From: an uncultured Mageeibacillus sp.
Lineage (GTDB): Bacteria; Bacillota; Clostridia; Saccharofermentanales; UBA5734
Length of the DNA stretch: 64,000 nt
Direction: 5' to 3'
Assembly (NCBI GenBank): GCA_964499985.1
Contig: CAZCMX010000001.1
Location: forward strand, 10,916-74,915
The translations under genes were made by a program, and so were the position numbers. The notes below the pieces were generated by a model. It was not told the DNA's origin, did no database searches, and saw only the letters and a program-made list of their open reading frames with translations. Shown here one piece after another: positions 20,243 through 29,457 of the stretch (its first letter is position 1; each line of letters opens with the position of its first letter).

Positions 20243-21517
20243 ATGTCAGAAGAATTCATCCAGCCAAATTTAGCCAGCCTCAGGGAGAAAATCCTCCTGG
20301 TCCGCTTGGGCGAGATCACGCTCAAGGGCATGAACCGCCACAAATTTGAACAGCAAATGATCCGGAACATGAAGCACCGGATCAAGGACCTGGGCAATTT
20401 TTCCATTATGCAAAGCCATTCGCGAATCTGGATCGAACCGGAGCCTTTGCCGGGTGGCGGCGGGTTCACGGATGACCGGCTGGTCCAGCAAATCATCGAC
20501 CGGATCAAAGAGGTCTTTGGCGTCGTTTCCCTGAGCCCCGTCTGGCGGTTTGCCGGCGGGCTTGAAGCAATCGAGGCCCAGGCCATCGAATTCGTCGGCC
20601 AGCTTTTGGCCGATGGCCGGCGCCGGACCTTCAAGGTTGAAACGCGCCGCGGCCTCAAATCGTTTCCCTATCAATCACCGGAAATCAGCGAACGCATCGG
20701 CGGCCTGCTGGCAGAGCGGTTTGCCAGCCAGCTGACCGTCAATGTCAAGGAGCCGGATTTCGTTCTCTATGTCGAGATCCGGGAGAAAAACTACCTCTAC
20801 AGCTCAATCATCAAGGCTCATCGTGGCTTGCCCGTTGGCACCAGCGGGACCGGCCTGCTCCTGTTGTCCGGCGGCATCGACAGTCCGGTAGCCGGCTATC
20901 TGATGGCGTCGCGGGGCATGCAGCTGGAGGCCATGTATTTCCATGCCTATCCGTTTACCAGTGACCAGGCCAGGGAAAAGGTGGTCGAGCTGGCCCGTCA
21001 CCTGTCCCATTATGCCGGCCGGATCCGTCTGCATGTGGTCAATTTCACCGATATCCAGATCACCTTGCGTGATTTATGCCCGCCGGAAATGATGACGATT
21101 GTGATGCGCCGGATGATGATGCGGATTGCTGATCGCTTTGCCGGGGCAAACCGTCTGAAAGCGCTGATCACCGGGGAGAGCCTGGGCCAGGTCGCCAGCC
21201 AGACCCTGGAGGCTCTGGTCACCACAGACCAGATCAGCACGCGGCCGGTCTTCCGTCCGCTGATCGGCCTCGACAAGGATGACACCGTGGCCATCGCCCG
21301 GCGGATCGGGACCTTTGAAACGTCGATCCTGCCCTTCGAGGATTGCTGCACCGTTTTTGTGGCCAAGCATCCGAAGACGCATCCCAGCCCTGAAGATGCC
21401 GTCGCGGCAGAAAAGGATCTGGACATCGAGGCTCTGGTTGCGCTGGGCCTCCAGGCCATCGAAACCCAGATCGTCACCCCCCGCTATGATGAGACTGCTT
21501 TGCGAGGTGAGCTGTGA
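20243..21517 (+). CDS. thiI: tRNA 4-thiouridine synthase ThiI (no rhodanese domain)
   Basis: N-terminal ferredoxin-like and THUMP region (LGEITLKGMNR), PP-loop LLLLSGGIDSPVAGY and GESLGQVASQT motifs. Confidence 0.93.
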   Translation: MSEEFIQPNLASLREKILLVRLGEITLKGMNRHKFEQQMIRNMKHRIKDLGNFSIMQSHSRIWIEPEPLPGGGGFTDDRLVQQIIDRIKEVFGVVSLSPVWRFAGGLEAIEAQAIEFVGQLLADGRRRTFKVETRRGLKSFPYQSPEISERIGGLLAERFASQLTVNVKEPDFVLYVEIREKNYLYSSIIKAHRGLPVGTSGTGLLLLSGGIDSPVAGYLMASRGMQLEAMYFHAYPFTSDQAREKVVELARHLSHYAGRIRLHVVNFTDIQITLRDLCPPEMMTIVMRRMMMRIADRFAGANRLKALITGESLGQVASQTLEALVTTDQISTRPVFRPLIGLDKDDTVAIARRIGTFETSILPFEDCCTVFVAKHPKTHPSPEDAVAAEKDLDIEALVALGLQAIETQIVTPRYDETALRGEL

Positions 21518-22494
21518 AAATTGGCAAACTCGACCCCGCCAACCTTGAGGACCTGGTCCTGCACCGGCTGCCGGTCCTGTCCGAGGATATTGTCTGTGGA
21601 CCGGCCACCGGTCTTGACTGCGCTGCCATCCGGTTCCAGGATGGCCTGGCAGTCCTGTCGACGGATCCGATCACTGGCGCCAGTGCAGATATCGGCAGCC
21701 TGGCCATCCACGTGTCCTGCAATGATCTGGCTGCCTTCGGAATCCGGCCCAAGGGCATCCTCCTGGTCCTGATCGCGCCACCGACCGCAACGGCCGAGGA
21801 TGTGGCTGCAGTCATCGAGCAGGCCAGCCAGACCGCCGAGCAGCTGGGCGTCAGCATCGCCGGGGGCCACACGGAAGTCAGTGATGCTGTCAACCGGTTT
21901 ATCGTCACCACAACCGCGATCGGCTTTGCCGAGACCGGCCGGATGGTGCAAAGCAATGGTGGCCAGCCGGGGGACACCCTGTTGATGACCAAGACCGGGG
22001 GCCTGGAGGGCACCGCCATCCTGGCGGCAGACCAGCGGGCCCGCCTGAGCCGCGTGCTATCGGATCCGGAGCTTTCCGAGGCCAGGGATCTGATCACCCA
22101 GATCAGTGTCGTTCCAGAAGGCATCATCGGCGGCGAGCTTGGCGTGCATGCCATGCATGATGCCACCGAGGGAGGCATACTGGGTGCGGCCTGGGAAATG
22201 GCGCAGGCCTGTGGTCTCGGTCTGGTCATCGACATCGACGCCATTCCGCTGCACCCGCTGACCCGGCAAATCACCGCCGAGCTGGGGCTTGATCCTTATC
22301 GCCTGATTTCCAGCGGCAGCCTTCTGATCGCGACAGACAAGCCAGACCTGGTCCAGGCTTCCCTGGCCCGGGCGGGCATCCTTTGCAGCAAGATCGGTAT
22401 TTTGACGCCAGAACCAGACTATGTCCAGATTTGTTCAGGAATTGCTTCGGAATTGGCTCCACCTGGACCGGATGAACTTTACAAAATCACCTGA
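21514..22494 (+). CDS. AIR-synthase-related (PurM/ThiL/HypE/SelD superfamily) protein of unknown specific function
   Basis: 326 aa. MKIGKLDPANLEDLV..GLDCAAI...STDPITGA..IGSLAIHVSCNDLAAFG matches the PurM-like N-domain, and GGHTEV...GDTLLMTKTGGLEG and HAMHDATEGG match the C-domain. A GTG start overlaps the thiI stop (GTGA). Confidence 0.7.
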   Translation: MKIGKLDPANLEDLVLHRLPVLSEDIVCGPATGLDCAAIRFQDGLAVLSTDPITGASADIGSLAIHVSCNDLAAFGIRPKGILLVLIAPPTATAEDVAAVIEQASQTAEQLGVSIAGGHTEVSDAVNRFIVTTTAIGFAETGRMVQSNGGQPGDTLLMTKTGGLEGTAILAADQRARLSRVLSDPELSEARDLITQISVVPEGIIGGELGVHAMHDATEGGILGAAWEMAQACGLGLVIDIDAIPLHPLTRQITAELGLDPYRLISSGSLLIATDKPDLVQASLARAGILCSKIGILTPEPDYVQICSGIASELAPPGPDELYKIT

Positions 22495-22533
22495 TTGTTT
22501 ACAATAGATTTGAAATTCCCAGGGAGGTATTTT

Positions 22534-23775
22534 ATGAATTACCAGCATTTGGCCCAGGTTGATCCGGAAATCTACTCGGCAGTCCAGCTTGAGATCGGTC
22601 GCCAGCGTTCCAAAATTGAACTGATCGCTTCGGAAAATTTCGTCAGCGAAGCCGTTCTGGAGGCTGTCGGCACGCCACTGACCAACAAATACGCTGAGGG
22701 TTATCCGGGCAAGCGGTATTATGGCGGTTGTGAATATGTCGATATCGCCGAAAACCTGGCCATCGAAAGGGCCAAGCAGCTGTTCGGTGCCGATCATGTC
22801 AATGTCCAGCCGCACTCAGGGGCTCAGGCCAATACGGCGGTCTATTTTGCCATGCTGGAACCCGGCGATACCATCCTGGGCATGGACCTGGCTCATGGTG
22901 GCCACCTGACCCATGGCATGTTCAAGAACGTCTCCGGCCGGACCTATCATGCCGAATCCTACAAGGTCGCCGAAGATACCTGCCTGATTGATTATGACCA
23001 GGTCCTGGACGTTGCCCGCCGGACGAAGCCCAAAATGATCGTGGCCGGAGCCAGCGCCTATCCCCGGATCATTGACTTTGCCAAGTTCCGCGCCATCGCC
23101 GATGAGGTCGGGGCCCTGCTTTTTGTCGACATGGCCCATATCGCTGGCCTCGTCGCGGCTGGCCTGCATCCGAGTCCGGTTCCCTATGCCGATTTCGTCA
23201 CCACAACCACGCATAAAACCCTGCGCGGTCCGCGTGGCGGCATGATCCTGTGCAAAGCAGACTATGCCAAGGCCATTGACTCGGCCGTTTTCCCGGGCCA
23301 GCAGGGTGGACCCCTGATGCATGTCATCGCTGGCAAGGCCGTCTCATTCAAGGAAGCCCTCGAGCCCTCCTTCAAAATCTACCAGCAGCAGATCATCGAC
23401 AATGCCAAGGCCCTGGCCGCTGGCCTCCTGAACCGCGGCATCAACCTGGTCTCCGGCGGTACGGACAATCACCTGATGCTGGTCGACCTGAGGGGCACCG
23501 GTGTCTCCGGCAAGGAGATGCAGCTGCGCCTGGACGAGGTCAATATCACCTGCAATAAGAACGGCATTCCGTATGATCCGGAGAAGCCAACCATCACCAG
23601 TGGCATCCGCCTGGGCACGCCGGCCGTGACCAGCCGTGGCATGACACCGGCGGACATGGATGAAATCGCTGATCTGATTGCCCTGACCTTGCGTGACTAT
23701 GACGGTCATCACGAATTGATCCGCAACCGGGTCGCTGAGCTGGTGGTCAAATATCCGCTATATCCCAGCCTCTGA
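22534..23775 (+). CDS. glyA: Serine hydroxymethyltransferase
   Basis: [27 protein letters not shown] and the PLP site [15 protein letters not shown]. The start was set to ATG 22534 behind GGGAGG. Confidence 0.97.
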   Translation: MNYQHLAQVDPEIYSAVQLEIGRQRSKIELIASENFVSEAVLEAVGTPLTNKYAEGYPGKRYYGGCEYVDIAENLAIERAKQLFGADHVNVQPHSGAQANTAVYFAMLEPGDTILGMDLAHGGHLTHGMFKNVSGRTYHAESYKVAEDTCLIDYDQVLDVARRTKPKMIVAGASAYPRIIDFAKFRAIADEVGALLFVDMAHIAGLVAAGLHPSPVPYADFVTTTTHKTLRGPRGGMILCKADYAKAIDSAVFPGQQGGPLMHVIAGKAVSFKEALEPSFKIYQQQIIDNAKALAAGLLNRGINLVSGGTDNHLMLVDLRGTGVSGKEMQLRLDEVNITCNKNGIPYDPEKPTITSGIRLGTPAVTSRGMTPADMDEIADLIALTLRDYDGHHELIRNRVAELVVKYPLYPSL

Positions 23776-23804
23776 GCCTGGCCCATGCCCAGGACTGGCC
23801 CCCT

Positions 23805-25124
23805 ATGACTTCCACATCGTCCCGGCAGCCGCTGGCCTTCCGGATGGCGCCCCGGACCCTCAACGAGTATGTTGGTCAGGAGCATATCCTGGGCAAGGGG
23901 AAAATGCTGCGCCGGATGATCGAGGCGGACCGCCTGAGCTCGATCATCCTGTTCGGCCCGCCTGGCACTGGAAAAACTTCACTGGCCCGGGTGATCGCAC
24001 AGACCACCCAGGCCAGTTTTGTGATGCTCAATGCCGTCACCTCCGGTGTGGCCGACATCAAGCGCGTCATCGCCGACAGCCAGAATCCCTTGCTCACCCC
24101 GTCGGGCAAGACGGTCCTGTTTGTCGATGAAATCCATCGGTTCAATAAAGCGCAGCAGGATGCCCTGCTGCCATCGGTTGAAGATGGCACCCTGATCCTG
24201 GTGGGTGCAACGACGGAAAACCCCTATTTCGAGGTCAACAAGGCCCTGATCTCCCGCTCGACCGTATTTGCCCTCAAGCCCCTGGAAACCGGCCAGATCC
24301 GGCAGATCATCCTGCAGGCACTGGCTGACCATGACCGGGGGCTGGGCCATTTTCCGGTGAGCTGGGCCGAACAGGCGATGGAATTCCTCTGTGACATCGC
24401 CAATGGCGATGCCCGGATTGCCTTGAATGCGCTTGAGCTGGCGGTGGTCACGACCCCACCCGGCCCGGACGGGGTCATCTTGCTGAGCAAAGACATCCTG
24501 GCCGACTGTGCCCAGAAGCGCAGCATTGCCTATGATGCCACGGGGGAGAGCCATTATGACAATATCAGTGCCTTCATCAAATCCATGCGGGGCAGCGATC
24601 CGGACGCCACGGTCTTTTATCTGGCCCGGGCCCTGCATGGCGGTGAAGACATCGAATTTCTGGCCCGCCGCATCCTGATCTGTGCCGCCGAAGACGTCGG
24701 ACTGGCCAATCCCCAGATGATCCAGGTCGCCATGGCGGCCTATCAGGGGGCGATGGCGGTCGGGATGCCGGAAGCCCGCATCCTTCTGTCCGAAGCAGCC
24801 CTGGCGGTGGCGACCAGTCCAAAATCCAATGCAGCCTATCTGGCCATCGACCAGGCCCTCGATGATGTCAATAACCGCCGTACGGGTGAAGTGCCGATGC
24901 ATTTGCGCAATGCCCCGGCCAAAGGCATGTCTGACCTGGGCTATGGCCAAGGCTATAAATATGCCCATGATTATCCCGGTCATATTGTCGACCAGGATTA
25001 TTTGCCGGCCGAAATTCTCGGTACAGTCTACTATGAACCGACCCAGAACGGCTATGAAGCCAAGATCACCGAATGGCTGCAAAGAAGGCGCAAACCCTCC
25101 GGATCTGCTGCCAAGGGTCCTTAG
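23805..25124 (+). CDS. rarA: Replication-associated recombination protein A (MgsA/RarA AAA+ ATPase)
   Basis: LFGPPGTGKTSLA Walker A, VLFVDEIHRFNKAQQDALLP Walker B/sensor region, and a C-terminal MgsA domain (HLRNAPAKGMSDLGYGQGYKYAHD). Confidence 0.95.
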   Translation: MTSTSSRQPLAFRMAPRTLNEYVGQEHILGKGKMLRRMIEADRLSSIILFGPPGTGKTSLARVIAQTTQASFVMLNAVTSGVADIKRVIADSQNPLLTPSGKTVLFVDEIHRFNKAQQDALLPSVEDGTLILVGATTENPYFEVNKALISRSTVFALKPLETGQIRQIILQALADHDRGLGHFPVSWAEQAMEFLCDIANGDARIALNALELAVVTTPPGPDGVILLSKDILADCAQKRSIAYDATGESHYDNISAFIKSMRGSDPDATVFYLARALHGGEDIEFLARRILICAAEDVGLANPQMIQVAMAAYQGAMAVGMPEARILLSEAALAVATSPKSNAAYLAIDQALDDVNNRRTGEVPMHLRNAPAKGMSDLGYGQGYKYAHDYPGHIVDQDYLPAEILGTVYYEPTQNGYEAKITEWLQRRRKPSGSAAKGP

Positions 25125-25260
25125 CCCTGTGGCTATAGTCAGGAAGCGCCGTATTCCCAGTAAAATAATAGGATATAGGCCAGCCCAGTAACGGAAGTTA
25201 CAACAAGACTGGTTTGAATCCCCTAAAGTGGAAACGTATCTCTAGTCAAGGGAGTTTTTC

Positions 25261-26451
25261 ATGAGTGCCATCAAACGAGTCTATCTCGATCACGCGGCGA
25301 CCACTCCGGTCCGCCCGGAAGTCATGGAGGCCATGCTGCCTGTTTTCCAGGAACAGTTTGGCAATCCGTCCTCTTTTTACCATCGCGGCCAGGAGGCCAA
25401 GCGACTGCTCGAGGATGCCCGCCAAAGGGTTGCCACTTGCATCCAGGCCAATCCCCACGAAATCTATTTCACCTCCTGCGGGACCGAAGCCGACAACTGG
25501 GCCATCAAAGGGGTCGCCCGCGCCCTTGAAAAAAAAGGCCGCCATATCATCACCTCCAAGATTGAACACCATGCCGTACTGCATTCCTGTGAATCATTGG
25601 CTGCCCAGGGGTTCGAGATCACCTATCTGGATGTCGATGCAGAGGGCCTGGTCGATCCCGAAGCTGTCCGTGCAGCCATTCGCCCCGATACCATCCTGGT
25701 CACGATCATGATGGCCAATAACGAGATCGGCACCATCCAGCCGATTGCCGAGATCGGAGCGATCTGCAAGGCACATAAGGTTCTATTCCATTCTGATGCA
25801 GTCCAGGCTGCTGGTGCGATCCCCATCGATGTTTCGACCTTGCCGGTCGATCTGCTTTCATTCTCCGGCCACAAGTTCTATGCCCCCAAAGGGGTCGGTG
25901 CCCTGTATATCCGCCGCGGCACCCGCATCGCCACCTTCATGGACGGCGGTGCCCAGGAGCGCAACCGCCGGGCTGGCACGGAAAATGTGCCCTATATCGT
26001 CGGTTTTGCCAAAGCCTTTGAACTGGCAATGGCGGAAATGGCTGACAATGAGCGCCGTCTTTCTGCCCTGCGCGATGATCTGATCGAAAAGGTGCTCAAG
26101 GCTGTGCCCCATACGCGCTTGAATGGTCACCGGACCCGGCGCCTGCCCAACAATGTCAATTTTTCCTTTGAATTCATCGAAGGCGAATCGATTCTCATCA
26201 TGCTCGACCATTTCGGCTTTGAATGTTCATCCGGTTCGGCCTGCACATCCGGCTCGCTCGATCCGTCGCATGTCCTGCTGGCCATCGGATTGCCCCATGA
26301 AAAAGCGCATGGCTCACTGCGCGTGACCTTTGGCAAGAGCAGTGAAGCCGAGGATATCGACCGCCTGGTCGAGGTCCTGCAGAAAATCGTCACCCGTCTC
26401 AGAGAGATTTCGCCTCTGTATGAGGCATTTTTGAAAGAAACCCAAGGTTGA
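25261..26451 (+). CDS. nifS: Cysteine desulfurase NifS/IscS
   Basis: VYLDHAATTP, SGHKFYAPKGVGALY and ECSSGSACTSG motifs. The gene is followed by nifU/iscU. Confidence 0.95.
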   Translation: MSAIKRVYLDHAATTPVRPEVMEAMLPVFQEQFGNPSSFYHRGQEAKRLLEDARQRVATCIQANPHEIYFTSCGTEADNWAIKGVARALEKKGRHIITSKIEHHAVLHSCESLAAQGFEITYLDVDAEGLVDPEAVRAAIRPDTILVTIMMANNEIGTIQPIAEIGAICKAHKVLFHSDAVQAAGAIPIDVSTLPVDLLSFSGHKFYAPKGVGALYIRRGTRIATFMDGGAQERNRRAGTENVPYIVGFAKAFELAMAEMADNERRLSALRDDLIEKVLKAVPHTRLNGHRTRRLPNNVNFSFEFIEGESILIMLDHFGFECSSGSACTSGSLDPSHVLLAIGLPHEKAHGSLRVTFGKSSEAEDIDRLVEVLQKIVTRLREISPLYEAFLKETQG

Positions 26452-26465
26452 AAGAGAGGATACTC

Positions 26466-26912
26466 ATGGAATACAGCGATAAAGTCATGGACCATTTCAT
26501 GAACCCACGCAATGTCGGAGAAATTGCCGATGCTTCGGCGACCGGCATGGTTGGCAATGCCAAATGTGGTGACATCATGAAGGTTTATCTGAAAATTGAA
26601 AACGACATCATTGTCGATGCCAAGTTCAAGACCTTTGGCTGCGGCTCGGCCATCGCCACTTCGAGCATGGCTACGGAAATGATCAAGGGCAAAACCCTGG
26701 ATGAAGCTTTGCAGCTCACCAATAAGGCCGTGGCAGAGGCTCTCGATGGCCTGCCGCCGGTCAAGATGCATTGCTCTCTGCTGGCTGAGCAGGCTGTCAA
26801 GGCCGCGCTCAAGGAATACTATGAGTCCACCGGCCGCATGAACGAAGAGAACCGCAAGCTGTTTGACATGCTCGATGATGATGCCCATGACCATGGGCAT
26901 GAACACCACTGA
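26466..26912 (+). CDS. nifU: Fe-S cluster assembly scaffold NifU/IscU, with a His/Asp-rich C-terminal tail
   Basis: YSDKVMDHFMNPRNVG, with three cluster cysteines in GNAKCGD, FGCGSAIA and HCSLLAEQA. The tail is DDDAHDHGHEHH. The start was set to ATG 26466 behind GAGAGGA. Confidence 0.93.
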   Translation: MEYSDKVMDHFMNPRNVGEIADASATGMVGNAKCGDIMKVYLKIENDIIVDAKFKTFGCGSAIATSSMATEMIKGKTLDEALQLTNKAVAEALDGLPPVKMHCSLLAEQAVKAALKEYYESTGRMNEENRKLFDMLDDDAHDHGHEHH

Positions 26913-26986
26913 GCAGCCCCTGGTGAACGGCCGATGGTGATTGATCCGCCGGCCGTTCCGGTAACCGGAGCCGGGCTGGCCTCGGG

Positions 26987-27826
26987 TCAGTCAATCGCGG
27001 TCAGGATTGGTTTCCGGTTGGCAAAGTGGGTCAGCTGGCGCACGCCGACGGATTTGAGAAATTCGATCGCTTCCGGGAACAGGGTTGCCGCCTGACCGAT
27101 CTGGTGTGAATCCGAACTCAGGCTGATCAATTCGCCGCCCATTTCCAGGTAACGTTTGTAAATGGCAGGGTCTGGCCAGGCTGAAGCGCCGGTCAGGCCC
27201 TTGCTTTTGAATTTCAGGGCAGTCCGGGTATTGAGCTCCATGGCTTTGCCATGGGCGATCAGATGCGCGAACAGGGCATCAAATTCGTCTGCCAGCGGGG
27301 TATAATCCATGCGGGTGGTTGGACCAGGGAAATAGCGGCTGACATAATCATAATGGCCAAGGATCGTGAAATCAGGACAGCTGGACATCATGTCGACCAT
27401 CTGGGTCAGGGCACGAGAATAGGCGGCCAGAGCCCCCTGGTCATAAACCGAGTGATCAACAAATATGTCTTTGTCCCCATCCATGTTATGCAGGGACAAA
27501 ATGATGCTGTCAAAAGGCCAGGCCTGGCTGATCTGGTTATACAGCCTGGTCAAATGGGGCATCCAGCCCAATTCGATGCCTACATAAAGCTGGAGCTCCT
27601 GGGGACTGGTCCGCGACTGGGCCCGGATCGGGTTCAGATGGTTGAAATAGTCCGGCAGGTCGAAGATATGTTCGATCCCGGTATAATTGACATCTTTGTC
27701 GTAATGGTCCGTCAGGCAGATCCCGGCCAGCTCCTGGGCCCGGGCATCCTCGATCAGCTCTGCGACCGTCTGGACAGCATCAGTGGAATAATGGACCGTA
27801 TGGGAATGGCAATCAACCAGTTTCAT
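26987..27826 (-). CDS. PHP-family phosphoesterase (HisJ-type histidinol-phosphatase family)
   Basis: MKLVDCHSHTVHYSTDA metal-binding start, then LTDHYD, a His-containing motif SLHNMDG, and SSDSH near the C-terminus. The start was set to ATG 27826 behind GAGGTG. Confidence 0.8.
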   Translation of the reverse strand: MKLVDCHSHTVHYSTDAVQTVAELIEDARAQELAGICLTDHYDKDVNYTGIEHIFDLPDYFNHLNPIRAQSRTSPQELQLYVGIELGWMPHLTRLYNQISQAWPFDSIILSLHNMDGDKDIFVDHSVYDQGALAAYSRALTQMVDMMSSCPDFTILGHYDYVSRYFPGPTTRMDYTPLADEFDALFAHLIAHGKAMELNTRTALKFKSKGLTGASAWPDPAIYKRYLEMGGELISLSSDSHQIGQAATLFPEAIEFLKSVGVRQLTHFANRKPILTAID

Positions 27827-27975
27827 CAGACACCTCAAAGTAACGTGACTCACCACACAAGGCAAACAAATCGATTATAATATGAACCAGTTGCTCTGGC
27901 CAGCCCAAAATCAAGTCTGTGGGCTGACCTTTGCCAATGCAAGCTAAGACTAAAAGGACAAATGACGGAGGTACG

Positions 27976-29457
27976 ATGATGGCAGCAGCCAAGAAAGAAG
28001 AGGTTTCCGGCAAGAACCTCAAGACGAAAAAAAGCATCAAGGGCCCCAGCGCCAAGGAGCTCAAAAAAGAATTGGCCAAGGAATACCGCAATGCCTGGGA
28101 TTTCAACCGTGAGGATGAGCAGGATTTTGCCTTTGCCTTTGCTGAAGAATACAAGGCCTTCCTCGACCAGGCCAAAACCGAACGGGAATTTGTGACTCTG
28201 GCCATCGAAACCTTGGAAAACATGGGCTTTATGCCCTTGAAAGACCAAGAGCGGCTCGTGGCGGGTGACAAGGTCTATAAGAATATCCGTGGCAAGGGTC
28301 TGGCCATCGCTGTGATTGGCCGCCAGAATGCCGTCGATGGCTTCAATCTGATTGGTGCCCATATCGATGCACCACGGATCGATCTCAAGGCCAATCCCAT
28401 TTACGAGGAGGGCGACCTGGCCTTTTTCAAGACCCATTATTATGGTGGGATCAAGAAATACCAGTGGGCCGCCATTCCTTTGTCCCTGCATGGTGTCGTC
28501 TACCGCAAGGATGGTTCCCTGCTCACCATCAGCCTCGGTGACAAGCCGGAAGATCCGGTCCTGACCATCACGGACTTGCTGCCACACCTGGGCGCCGAGC
28601 AGATGCAAAAGAAGGCGACCGAAGTGATCCGGGGCGAGGATCTCAATATCCTGGTCGGTGGCATCCCCTTTGCCGATCCTGAAGCCAGCGGCCGCTTCAA
28701 GCTGGGCCTGCTCCAGGTCCTCAAGGACCGCTACAATATCACGGAAGCAGATCTGGTCACGGCAGAGCTGGAAATCGTGCCAGCCTATCCATCACGCGAT
28801 ATCGGCTTTGACCGCAGCATGGTCGGAGCCTATGGCCATGACGACCGGGCCTGTTCATTCCCGGCCCTGGTTGCGCTCACGAGTGTCGACCGGCTGGAGC
28901 GCACAGGCATCACCTTCCTGTTTGACAAGGAAGAAATCGGCAGCGTTGGCAATACCGGTGCCAAGTCGCGGACCTATGAGCAGTTCATCTACGAAATCTA
29001 TGCCCGCCAGGTAGAAGCACCGAGCCAGCTCGATTTCTACCGCTTGCTCGAAAACAGCCGCATGCTGTCGGGCGATGTCACCAATGCCTTTGATCCGACC
29101 TTTGCCTCCGTATCGGACAGCCGTAACAATGCCTATCTCGGTAAGGGCATCAATTTCATGAAATTCGGCGGTTCCCGCGGCAAATCCGGCTCTTCGGACG
29201 CCAGCTCAGAATTCTATTTTGCGGTCACCAAGCTGATGGATGAACAGAAGATCGCCTGGCAGGCGGGTGAGCTGGGGAAAGTCGACGCGGGCGGCGGTGG
29301 CACGATTGCCGGGTTCATGGCCAATCTGGGAATCGAGGTCATCGACTGCGGTGTACCAGTCCTCTCGATGCATTCCCCCTTCGAGGTGGTCAGCAAGATC
29401 GACCTCTACCATACCTTCCTGGCCTATAAGGCCTTCTTCCAGCATATGCAGGCATGA
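27976..29457 (+). CDS. M18-family aminopeptidase (aminopeptidase 1 type)
   Basis: About 493 aa. GAHIDAPRIDLKANP, GHDDRACSF, DKEEIGSVGNTGA and LSMHSPFE resemble the M18/M42 zinc aminopeptidase metal-ligand blocks. The start was set to ATG 27976 behind GGAGG. Confidence 0.8.
   Translation: MMAAAKKEEVSGKNLKTKKSIKGPSAKELKKELAKEYRNAWDFNREDEQDFAFAFAEEYKAFLDQAKTEREFVTLAIETLENMGFMPLKDQERLVAGDKVYKNIRGKGLAIAVIGRQNAVDGFNLIGAHIDAPRIDLKANPIYEEGDLAFFKTHYYGGIKKYQWAAIPLSLHGVVYRKDGSLLTISLGDKPEDPVLTITDLLPHLGAEQMQKKATEVIRGEDLNILVGGIPFADPEASGRFKLGLLQVLKDRYNITEADLVTAELEIVPAYPSRDIGFDRSMVGAYGHDDRACSFPALVALTSVDRLERTGITFLFDKEEIGSVGNTGAKSRTYEQFIYEIYARQVEAPSQLDFYRLLENSRMLSGDVTNAFDPTFASVSDSRNNAYLGKGINFMKFGGSRGKSGSSDASSEFYFAVTKLMDEQKIAWQAGELGKVDAGGGGTIAGFMANLGIEVIDCGVPVLSMHSPFEVVSKIDLYHTFLAYKAFFQHMQA

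Noticed and set aside
19049-26451. Two cysteine desulfurase genes within 6 kb, as a possible duplication or novel system.
   Set aside because: This is the standard Firmicutes arrangement: one desulfurase dedicated to ThiI (NifZ-like) and one paired with the NifU/IscU scaffold.
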